From Chiloscyllium plagiosum (taxonomy: Eukaryota): a stretch of 64,000 bases of DNA. Shown in pieces: positions 27,601 through 39,600 of the stretch. A program made the translations under genes and the position numbers. The notes under the pieces were generated by a model. The model did not search any database and was not told the DNA's origin. It worked only from the letters and a program-made list of their open reading frames with translations. Positions within the stretch are counted from its first letter, which is position 1, and every line of letters starts with the position of its first letter. Location: positions 44,678,349 to 44,742,348 of the forward strand of contig NC_057725.1 in NCBI RefSeq assembly GCF_004010195.1, given 5' to 3'.

Positions 27601-30600
27601 GCATTTCACATGGCTAGTCCACCTCACCAGCACATCCCTGGACACTACGGGCAATTTAGCATGGCCAATCCACCTACCCTTCACATTTTTTGACTATGGG
27701 AGGAAACCAGAGCAACCAGAGGAAACCCATGCAGACACAGGGAGAATGTGCAAACACCACACAGACAGTTGCCCAAGGATCAAATCAAACTTTGGCCCCT
27801 GGCCCTATTAGGCAGCAGTGTTGACCATTGAGCCACCCTAAAATTGGAATAACTACGTTTTACATTGAGAATGCTTTTCTCATATAGCTGAACTAGTGGC
27901 TTGCTGTCCTAGAGTATAAAAGCCTTAAGATGATTCCAAAAATGAAAGTTGGTCAACTCCAAAGAAAAAGTCCAATTGTATATTTATAAGCTAAATTTCT
28001 CATGGCATCCTGACATATTCTCTTCCTTTCATATAATGCTACTGATAAAATATCTTCACAGTGACAGGAAAGTTTAAGCTGTTGTTGTATGCAATTTTTA
28101 CTTTAAAAAGTCTTATCCCATTTCAATATTTTTCTTCTAATAGCCAGGAACATCTTGGATGTCCAACTGTGTCAAGCATAACTGCATGGACACAATTTTG
28201 GGACCTGTCTTGATCACCTCAAATATTAGCTGTCCTCCTTTCAATGAATCTGCATGCTTAAAGGTCAGTGTGTCACATATCAACATGCTGTTATATGGTT
28301 TAAATGAGGATGTATTATAGGTTATTTCACACTAAGAAGCACATCATTATGATAAGAAGTCGTCATTTTCGGATACTTTCAAATTAGATTAATTTATCCT
28401 TTTAAATAAGTGACAAAATTGCAAATGAAAACAAAGTCTTAAAATTCTGTGACTTGTTATATTGTTACAAAATTTCTTGACATCACCCTTGGTGAATGGC
28501 TGTTTGATGTGATACTTTCTTTGTCATTTTCTTTGACTTAATATGGCTTGGCAAAGATTGATTATTAATTATGTGTTAAGGGGTGTGTGTGTGCTATTTT
28601 CTGCTTCAGGGCACAGCATGTTAATAAAACATCAACACCACTGCATGTTATTTAAATAACTGTTTTGTTGAAATGGCCCATTGGCACACCTTGGTTTAAA
28701 ACATCAGTAGAAAAATTCATACGTGAGTTTAATTTCTGTAATTCCTGCACATCATGATATTAGTGAATCTAGCAGTGGTAGATCTCAAATGGAGATGGAT
28801 GCTCACCTAACATCCCTCAAGGCCATAAAATAATGTACCATATTTAGAAACCAAATGAATAAAGAGCAGAAATTAATGGGTTCAAGATTTATGATGTGGG
28901 CATGCTGTTTCTATAATACTTCCAAAATCATAGAATAATATTTTAAAATTTTACAGAATAAAAAGAGACCATTCAGACCATCACAATTGTGATAGGTCTT
29001 TGAAAACGCTATCCAATTTTAGCCTCTCACTCTCGATGTTTCCTCAAGATAAGGAGGCCTAATGCTATTTTCACTTTTCTGTTAATCCAGAGACTCAGGT
29101 AATGTTCTGGGAACACAGATTCAAACCCACCATGGCAGACTGTAGAATTTAAATAAAATCTGGAATTAAGTGTCTAATGATTGCCATGTCAATTGTCAGG
29201 AAAAATAAATACATCTGACTCATTAATGCCCTGTAGGGAAGGAAATCTGTCATCCTTACTGTTCTGCGTGTGACTGTAGACCCACAGAAGTGTGGTGGTT
29301 CTTAACAATCATTTAACAATTAGGAATGGAAGGTGGATGGCCTAGCTTTTGATACCCATGTCCTGTAAACAAATTTTAAAAAGACTCTTAATTATATGTT
29401 AAATTGCATTTTTAAAGCGTATATGGAATCTGATTCCATAACCCTTTAAAGTAGTGATTTCCAGGTCTTAAGTAAGATCATGTAAGCATGCAAACTTTTC
29501 ATTTCCTCGCAAGTTCTTTTGTCATCTATTTCAAATCAATGACTTCTGATGTCCTGACTCATATTTGTCAGAGGAAATATGCTGCCTCACAGCGCCAGAG
29601 ACCCGGGTTCAACTCCTGCCTCAGGCGACTCTCTGTGTGGAGTTTGCACATTCTCCCCATGTCTGCGTGGGTTTTCTCCGGGTGCTCCGGTTTCCTCCCA
29701 CAATCCAAAAATGTGCAGGTTATATGAATTGGCCATGCTAAATTGCCTGTAGTGTTAGCTGAAGGGGTAAATGTAGGAGTATGGGTCTGGGTGGAATATG
29801 CTTCGGCAGGTCGGTGTGGACTTGTTGGGCCGAAGGGCCTGTTTCCACACTGTAAGTAATCTAATCTAATTTGGTAGGAATGATCAAAATGCCTCATTAT
29901 TTTGAATTTACCTATTAAATCTGCCCATCACCTTCAGTGCTTTAATAAAAGAAGTTCAACTTTGCAAATCTCTCCACATAACTGAACTTTGTCATCCCTG
30001 GTAGCATCCTTGGGAAAAAAATCCAAAGCACCTTACATAAGGCCTTGATACCTTCCTCAAAGTGTGGTCCTCAGAACTGTACACAATCCTTCAGCGGAGA
30101 CCTCATCAGAAATTTGTAAAGATGTAGAATGCCTCCCTTGTTTTGTCTTCATTGTTTTTATGTATAAAGCTAAAAATTATCTCTCATTTTCTGAACGATC
30201 CTCTCAACTAATATATAGGAAATCCATGACATGTGAATTTAAATTTTACATTATAATCATGTCTTTGTGATATGGTTTTATGTGGTCCACAGATATAAAA
30301 CCTTGAGCATTCAAGTTTGGTAACAAATCTCAAACATAAGTTTGTTTGTGTGCATTCTAATAATACTGACATTATTTTGAATAATTCACATTCAGTAGCT
30401 TTTTTAATTCATCGAATCAAACTTCAGGGATTCACAGATCTTTTGGATTCATTTGAATTCTTTCTCCCAGTGGATAAATATAGATTTGATTTCAATGTCC
30501 ACAATTCAGCTTTCATTATCTTAACTGACATTTTTCTTCTCCAGACTGGAGGATCAGTTATAGTTTACATGGATGGTTGCTGTAAAAGCTGTGAGTATGC

Positions 30601-33600
30601 ATTTAACTGGTATTTCAGATTTGAGTCAATCACTGGTCAGCAACAAATTTAAAGTCATCCTTTACTGTAAAGAAAAAGTCAACAGTGTCTGCAACTTGTT
30701 GGTGTTCTCAGCAATCCCATTTTAAGGTACAACTGCTTTAACATCAATGTTTGCATCTGGGGTGCTGACTGTCTGGTTGCAGTGTGTTTGAGGTTAGAAT
30801 TTAAAAAAAAAATAAGATGATAAATAATAATAACCCACTATGAAAACATCCTTACTCTGACACAAAAGATGGACCATTGACATCATACTGCGAAGAAATG
30901 TTTCAATATAATACATGGGTTGTATAACAGACGTTTAGGGTGCTCCCGCGAGGAGGTTCAGCAATTCATCAACTTCACCAACACATTCCACCCCGACCTT
31001 AAATTTACCTGAATCATCTCTGACACCTCCCTCCTCTTCCTGGACCTCTCCATCTCCATTAATGACAACCAACTTGACACTGACATTTTTTACAAACCCA
31101 CTGAATCCCACAGCTACACCTCTTCCCACCCTACCTCCTGCAAAAATGCCATCCCGTATTCCCAATTCCTCCACCTCCACCGTATCTGCTCCCAGGAGGA
31201 CTAGTTCCACCACAAAACACACCAGATGGCCTCCTTCTTTAGAGACCACAATTTCCCTTCCCACGTGGTTAAAGATACCCTCCAACGCATCTTGTCCACA
31301 TCCCACCCCTCCGCCCGCAAACCCCACCCCTCCAACCGTAACAAGGACAGAACCCCCCTAGTGCTCACCTTCCACCCTATCAACCTTCGCATAAACCAGA
31401 CCATCCGCCGACATTTCCGCCACCTCCAAATGGACCCCACCCCTTTCCGCCTTCCGCAAAGACCGTTCCCTCCGTGACTACCTGGTCAAGGTCCACACCC
31501 CCCAACAACCCACCCTCCCTTCCTAGCACTCTCCCCTGCCACCGCAGGAATTGCAAAACCTGCATCCACGCCTCCTCCCTCACCTCCATCCAAGGCCCCC
31601 AAGGAGCCTTCCACATCCATCAAAGTTTTACCTGCACATCCACCAATGTCATTTATTGTATTCGTTGCTCCCGAAGTGGTCTCCTCTACATTGAGGAGAC
31701 TGGACGCCTTCTCGCAGAGCGTTTTAAGGAACATCTCCGGGACACCCGCACCAATCAACCCCATTGCCCCGTGGCCCAACATTTCAACTCTGCTAAGGAC
31801 ACCTCATCTTCTGCCTCAGAACACTTCAACCCTGGCATCAATGTGGATTCACCAGTTTCCTAATTTCCCCTCCCCCCATCTCACCCCAGTTCCAATCTTG
31901 CAGCTAGCACCGTCCCCATGACCTGACCTACCTGCCTATCTTCCTTTCCACCTATCCATTCGACCCTCCTCTCTGAACTATCACCTTCATCCCCATCCCC
32001 ATTCACCCATTGTACTCTTTGCTACTTTCCCCCACCCTCCTCTCTGACCTCTGCAATGGTGCAATACCTGAGCATGGATGACAGTGGAGGAACAATGGCA
32101 GATATTTCTGTGTATAATGCAGAAGATGCAAGATTAGTTCATTCCAAAAAGGAAGAAAGATCCTAGGAGGAGGCATGGGTGGCCATGGCTGATGAAGGAA
32201 GTTAAGAAACATATAAAGTAAAAAGAGAAAAAGTATAACATAGCAAAGATAAGTGGGAAAATGGAGGAATAGGAAGCTTTTAAAGAACAACAGAGGATTA
32301 CTAAGAAGGAAATACGCAGAGAAAAAATGAGGTACGAAGGTAAACTGGCCAAAAATATAAAGGAGGATAGTAAAAGCTTTTTTAGATATGTGAAAGGCAA
32401 AAAAATGGTTAAGACCAAAATTGGGCCCTTGAAGACAGAAACAGGGGATTACGGGGAACAAAGAAATGGCAGAAGAATTGAATTGGTACTTCAGATCGGT
32501 GTTCACTGGGGAAGACACAAGCAATCTCCCTGAGGTAACAGTGGCTAAAGGACCTCAACTGAAGGGAATTTATATTTGCCAAGAATTGGTGTTGGAGAGN
32601 NNNNNNNNNNNNNNNNNNNNNNNNNNNNNNNNNNNNNNNNNNNNNNNNNNNNNNNNNNNNNNNNNNNNNNNNNNNNNNNNNNNNNNNNNNNNNNNNNNNN
32701 NNNNNNNNNNNNNNNNNNNNNNNNNNNNNNNNNNNNNNNNNNNNNNNNNNNNNNNNNNNNNNNNNNNNNNNNNNNNNNNNNNNNNNNNNNNNNNNNNNNN
32801 NNNNNNNNNNNNNNNNNNNNNNNNNNNNNNNNNNNTACCACTTTTTAAGAAAGGTGGGAGAGAGAAAGCAGGAAATTATAGACCAGTTAGTCTGACCTCA
32901 ATGGTGGGAAAGGTGCTGGAGTCTATTATAAAGGATGAAATTACGACACATCTGGATAGTAGCAACAGGATTGGTCAGAGCTGACTTTTGCCCCCTATCT
33001 GAAGTCCCACCCTGGAGATCTGTCAGCAGTTCTCTAGCCTCTGCATAGAAACATAGTAACGTAAAATAATAGGAGCAGGAGTAGGACATTCAGTACATCA
33101 AGTCTCCTCCACTATTCAACATGATCATGGTTGATCCTCCATCTCACCACCATGTTCACTCTGTCTGTCCACATCCACCAGTCTGAAATAAGGTTGCACT
33201 GGTTCTGCCATCCACCGCCTCCAACCTCATAGTCCCACAACCCCGCACTGCCCGTTTCTACTTCCTGCCCAAAATCCACAAACCTGACTGCCCCGGCCGA
33301 CCCATTGTCTCAGCCTGCTCCTGCCCCACCGAACTCATCTCTGCATATCTCAACACGGTCCTGTCCCCCTTAGTCCAAGAACTCCCCACTGATGTTCGGG
33401 ACACTACCCATGCCCTCCACCTCCTCCATGATTTTTGCTTCCTCGGTCCCCAACGCCTTATCTTCACCATGGATATCCAGTCCCTGTACACCTCCATCCC
33501 CCATCACGAAGGACTCAAAGCCCTCCGCTTTTTCCTTTCCCGCCGTACCAACCAGTACCCTTCCACTGCCACCCTCCTTCAACTGACTGAACTGGTGCTC

Positions 33601-36600
33601 ACCCTGAACAACTTCTCTTTCCAATCCTCCCACTTCCTCCAAACCAAAGGAGTAGCCATGGGCACCCGCATTGGCACCAGCTATGCCTGCCTCTTTGTAG
33701 GATATGTGGAACAGTCCATCTTCTGCAGCTACACTGGCACCACCCCCCACCTTTTCCTCCGCTACATCGATGACTGTATCGGCGCTGCCTCGTGCTCCCA
33801 CGAGGAGGTTGAACAGTTCATCCACTTTACCAACACCTTCCACCCCGACCTCAAATTCACCTGGACAGTCTCAGACTCCTCCCTCCCCTTCCTAGACCTC
33901 TCCATTTCTATCTCGGGCGACCGANNNNNNNNNNNNNNNNNNNNNNNNNNNNNNNNNNNNNNNNNNNNNNNNNNNNNNNNNNNNNNNNNNNNNNNNNNNN
34001 NNNNNNNNNNNNNNNNNNNNNNNNNNNNNNNNNNNNNNNNNNNNNNNNNNNNNNNNNNNNNNNNNNNNNNNNNNNNNNNNNNNNNNNNNNNNNNNNNNNN
34101 NNNNNNNNNNNNNNNNNNNNNNNNNNNNNNNNNNNNNNNNNNNNNNNNNNNNNNNNNNNNNNNNNNNNNNNNNNNNNNNNNNNNNNNNNNNNNNNNNNNN
34201 NNNNNNNNNNNNNNNNNNNNNNNNNNNNNNNNNNNNNNNNNNNNNNNNNNNNNNNNNNNNNNNNNNNNNNNNNNNNNNNNNNNNNNNNNNNNNNNNNNNN
34301 NNNNNNNNNNNNNNNNNNNNNNNNNNNNNNNNNNNNNNNNNNNNNNNNNNNNNNNNNNNNNNNNNNNNNNNNNNNNNNNNNNNNNNNNNNNNNNNNNNNN
34401 NNNNNNNNNNNNNNNNNNNNNNNNNNNNNNNNNNNNNNNNNNNNNNNNNNNNNNNNNNNNNNNNNNNNNNNNNNNNNNNNNNNNNNNNNNNNNNNNNNNN
34501 NNNNNNNNNNNNNNNNNNNNNNNNNNNNNNNNNNNNNNNNNNNNNNNNNNNNNNNNNNNNNNNNNNNNNNNNNNNNNNNNNNNNNNNNNNNNNNNNNNNN
34601 NNNNNNNNNNNNNNNNNNNNNNNNNNNNNNNNNNNNNNNNNNNNNNNNNNNNNNNNNNNNNNNNNNNNNNNNNNNNNNNNNNNNNNNNNNNNNNNNNNNN
34701 NNNNNNNNNNNNNNNNNNNNNNNNNNNNNNNNNNNNNNNNNNNNNNNNNNNNNNNNNNNNNNNNNNNNNNNNNNNNNNNNNNNNNNNNNNNNNNNNNNNN
34801 NNNNNNNNNNNNNNNNNNNNNNNNNNNNNNNNNNNNNNNNNNNNNNNNNNNNNNNNNNNNNNNCTCCTTCCACCTATCGCATTTCCAACGCCCCTCCCCC
34901 AAGTCCCTCCTCCCTACCTTTTATCTTAGCCTGCTGGGCACACTTTCCTCATTCCTGAAGAAGGGCTCATGCCCAAAATGTCGATTCTCCTGCTCCTTGG
35001 ATGCTGCCTGACCTCCTGCGCTTTTCCAGCAACACAATTTCAGCTCTGATCTCCAGCATCTGCAGTCCTCACTTTCTCCTCCACAGGATTGGTCAGAGTC
35101 AGCATGGATTTATGAAGGGGAAATCATGCTTGACTAATGCTTGAATTTTTTTGAGGATGTAACTCTGAAGGTGGATGAGGGAGATCCAGTAGATATAGTG
35201 TATCTGGACTTTCAGAAAGCTTTTGATAGAGTCCCACATAGGAGGTTAGTGAGCAAAATTAGGGCGCATGGTATTGGGAGCAAAGTACTAACCTGGATTG
35301 AAAGTTGGTTGGCTGACAGGAAACAAAGAGTAGTGATAAACAGCTCCATTTCGGAATGGCAGGCAGTGACCAGTGGGGTACCGCAGGGATCAGTGCTGGG
35401 ACCGCAGCTTTTTACAATATATTTTAATGATATAGAAGATGGTAATAGTAATAACATTAGCAAATTTGCTGATGATACTCAGCTGGGTGGCAGGGTGCAA
35501 TGTGAGGAGGATGTTAGGAGATTAGAGGTGACCTGGACAGGTTAGGTGAGTGGTCAGATGCATGGCAGATGCAGTTTAATCTAATAGCATGCTGTCCTTC
35601 ATAACAAGAGGGATTGAGTATAGAAGCAAAGAGGTTCTTCTGCAGTTGTACAGGGCCCTCGTGAGACCACACCTGGAGTATTGTGTGCAGTTCTAGTCTC
35701 CAAATTTGAGGAAAGACATTCTGGCTATTGAGGGAGTGCAGCGTAGGTTCACGAGGCCAATTCCTGCAATGGCGGGACTACCTTACACTGAAAGACTGGA
35801 GTGACTGGGCTTGTATACCCTTGAGGGAACAGGAGAATTGACGTTTTGGGCATAAGCCCTTCTTCAGGAAACTTCCTGAAACTTATGCCCGAAATGTCGA
35901 TTCTCCTGTTCCTTTGATGCTGCCTGACAGCAACACATTTTTAAGCTCTGATCTCCAGCATCTGCAGTCCTCACTTTCTCCTTGTATACCATTGAGTTTA
36001 GAAGACTGAGAGGGGATCTGATTGAGACATATAAGATTATTAAAGGATTGGACACTCTGGAGGCAGGAAACATGTTTCCACTGATGGGTGAGTGCCGAAC
36101 CAGAGGACACAGCTTAAAAATACTGGGTAGACCATTTAGGACAGAGATGAGGAGAAACTTCTTCACCCAGAGAGTGGTGGCTGTGTGGAATGCTCTGCCC
36201 CAGAGGACAGTGGAGGCCCAGTCTCTGGATTCATTTAAGAAAGAGTTGGATAGAGCTCTCAAGGCTAGTGGAATCAAGGGTTATGGAGATAAGGCAGGAA
36301 CAGGACACTGATTAAGGATGATCAGCCATGATCATATTGAATGTTGGTGCAGGCCCGAAGGACAGAATGGCCTCCTACTCCACCTATTGTCTATTGTTTA
36401 TCACCTCCATCCCCACCCCCATTCACCTATTGTACTCTATTCTTCCCACTCCCACCCCCTCTCATTTACCTCTCCACCCTGCAGGCTTCCTGCCTCTATT
36501 CCTGATTAAGGGTTTTTGCCCGAAACATCAATTTTTCTGCTCCTTGGATGCTGCCTGACCTGCTGTGCTTTTCCAGCACCACTCTAATTCAGTTTAGGGG

Positions 36601-39600
36601 AGATCACCCATTGGAGAACCAGTGCAACCTTATTTCAGACTGGTGGATGTGGACAGACAGAGTGAACATGGTGTTGAGCTGGAGGATCAACCATGATCAT
36701 GTTGAATAGTGGAGTAGACTCTATGTACTCAATGTCCTACTCCTGCTCCGATTATTTTACGTTACTATGTTTCTATACAGAGGCTCGAGAACTGCTGACA
36801 GATCTCCAGGGTGGGACTTCAGATAGGGGGCAAAAATCTTGCCTTGAGCAAATTACTGACTCAGCAGCTTTAAAATTAGCTTGACACATTCAGGCCAAAT
36901 GGAGGTTGGCTCATCTCATCTTTTGAGCCAGCCCTGTGTTGTCAAAAATGAATAAAGTAATTGGTATTATACATAGTGTAATAGAAAGGATAGCCTCGTC
37001 AACGGGTTTATAATGCTGCACTGAATGGTTTGAAAGAAAGTAATAAGGCACCCTTTAAAATAGTTTAATGTTTCAACAAAAGGAATTGTTAAAAATATTA
37101 GATCTTTTATAATTGAAGTCTATTCACCTGAAGTTGGGAGGTTTTGAAATGGATACACTGAATATTTTTTGTCTTAATGATTTTGTGCAGGTAAAGAAGA
37201 TGTGAAATCATGTCAGAAGGTGGTTGTGCGAATGACCATACGAAAGAATGACTGCAGAAGTAATAGACCTGTAAGTAACAAATGAAATGATAGGAAGTCT
37301 GCTTCTTTCACATGATTTACATTTTCCTTCCCACTAAATATTATTTTAACTTTACACTATACTTTAAGATATACTTTCAAATGATGGGTATTGTGGGACT
37401 CTGTTGAAGTTTGGGATAATCTGTACAGTTTCAAAACATAAATATGTGCATTGATGTTCTGGAAAACAAAGTACGGAGAATTCCTTTTGTGCATTAATTG
37501 TCCATAATCTTGAAACAAACAACACTCGCGGAGGCACAACGATTGTTTACCATTCAAAAGTAACATGATAAATTTATTATTAAATTGAAAGAATGAAGAG
37601 GCACAGTGGTAATGTCACGAGACCAATAATCCAGTGGCTCAGCTAATTCTGGGAGCAGTTGTTCAAATCCCAGCATGGCAAAGGATGGAATTTGAATTCA
37701 ATTGTTAAAATCTTGAATTTGAAAACTAGTTTAATGGTGGTCATTAGTGTAAATACCTATGATTAACTATTTTAGGGAAGGAAATCTGCTGTCTTTAACT
37801 CATCTGGCTTACACAGCAATGTGCTTGACTCTTAAGTAGAGGGGTCACCCAGCATCAACATAGCTGTTGACTGTGATATGTCCACTTCTGCTGACCCTGC
37901 AAAGCCTTCCATACTAACAGCTGGGATCTTGTTCCAAACTCTGGGAAGCTCTCCCACAGACTTGTCAAGCAACAGCCTAATATTGCCTGTGAGGTAAAAC
38001 TGAAGAAGTGTGGCTACCTCCCAGACTCTACCCTCACCATCCTGGGTATATTTTGTCCCACTGGCAAGACAGACTCAGCTAAGTTGGCAGAACTGTAGTT
38101 TATACTCCAGGAGGAGATTGCCCTGAAAGTACTCAATGTTGCAATGTTAAAAGCCTATAAGGTTTCTTGGCATTAAGATAAACATAGTCATGGAAATCTC
38201 CTACTGGTTACCACATAACATGCCTTCCCCTTTCCCTCAGTTGATGAATCAGCACACTTCATATTGAACACCAATTTCACTGGGAATCACTGAGGATGAT
38301 AAGAGTACAGAACGTAATATGGGTGGGCACCTTTAATGTCCATAATCAAAACTGAAACACAACAGTCATAAAATACGCAAGTGATGAGATTAGATTAGAT
38401 TCCCTACAGTGTGGAAACAGGCCCTTCAGCCCAACAAGTCCACACTGACCCTCCGGAGAATAACCCAAACCCTTTTTCCCTTTGACTAATGCATCTAACA
38501 CTATGGGCAATTTAGCATGGCCAATTCACCTAACCTGCACATCTTTGGACTATGGGAGGAAACCGGAGCACCCGGAGGAAACCCACACAGACACTGGAAG
38601 AAGGTGCAAACTCCACACAGACAGTCACCTGAAGTTGGAATAGAACCTGGGACCATAGTGCTGTGAGGCAGCAGTGCTAACCACTGAGCCACCTTGCAAG
38701 TGATAGCAGGTCAGGTGATGTGTTGTTGCCACAGATTGTGGGAGCCACTGAAGACCAAGGTGATCCAGAGTGAACACATCTGTAATAAATATTTGAAGCT
38801 CTAAAAAAATTGCACCATGTCAGGGATGGGCAAAGCTACCTGGAAGATTTGCTCCAAGGCATAGTCACTCCCCTCTGTTTAGATCATTCAAATTTGGTCT
38901 GAGTTCAGGAATAGGAAAGTATGTCTACAGCCATGGCTGGTACAGGGGCCCAGGGGTATTCAAAGAGCCTTAACCCCTGCAATTTTCCAAAAGTTAAGAG
39001 GTTCTTTTAAGCTGTGTAGATAGAAATGGAGATGGCAGGGATGATGAGAAAAGTGACCATGGCACCATGGTATCTGGATATTTCACGCAGGGGAGGAAAT
39101 AGGTGATCTATTCCTGGGGACAATATAATTGAGGCTACAAACACTCCTTTTTACAGCCATATATTGCCTGCCCGGTGCTGGGGATGTCCTGAGGGTTGGA
39201 GAGGAACTTGAAGTGGAAGGGCAGGGATCCAATTGTCATTGTCTACATTGGTACCAGCACATCAATAGAAGTGTGCTTTTGCTGAAAGAACCTGAATCGT
39301 TAGGAGCTAAATTAAAATACAGAATCTCAGTTTGCTACCTTAGCTCAGGGCAAACTGACATGGAGAAAAAAAAATGAATGAGTTAAAAGCATAGCTCTAA
39401 TATTTTGGATTGCTATTAGTTCATGGGCACTGGCATCAGTACTGGAGGAAAATATTCCAGTAGGACTGCAAACCTGGAAATGTTATCTTACAGGATGCTT
39501 TGCCGTGATGATGGTGCTATGTTAACTGTAGCACTCTAGTGGCTCAACTGGTAAGGGAACTAAGATAAGGCAAGCCATTTGTCAAGATTAATTAACAGCA

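Larger units (their letters stand above)
32051..36397 (+). mobile_element. CR1 LINE (5'-truncated ORF2), carrying two nested PLE insertions
   Basis: [70 protein letters not shown]; 3' tail …cctattgtctattg. Confidence 0.92.
30941..36591 (+). mobile_element. Neptune-type PLE, 5'-truncated, split by a CR1 insertion (own sequence 30941-32050 and 36398-36591)
   Basis: RT thumb remnant, PLVLTFHP linker, Cys finger CHRRNCKTC and [27 protein letters not shown]…RFKEH; pLTR with a decayed hammerhead at 36502-36530; flanking repeat GTTTAGGG at 30933-30940 and 36592-36599. Confidence 0.85.

Noticed and set aside
37184-37196. cag|GTAAAG resembling a recursive splice site
   Set aside because: Explained by the coding sequence (TGT AAA GAA = C-K-E) at a normal exon start.
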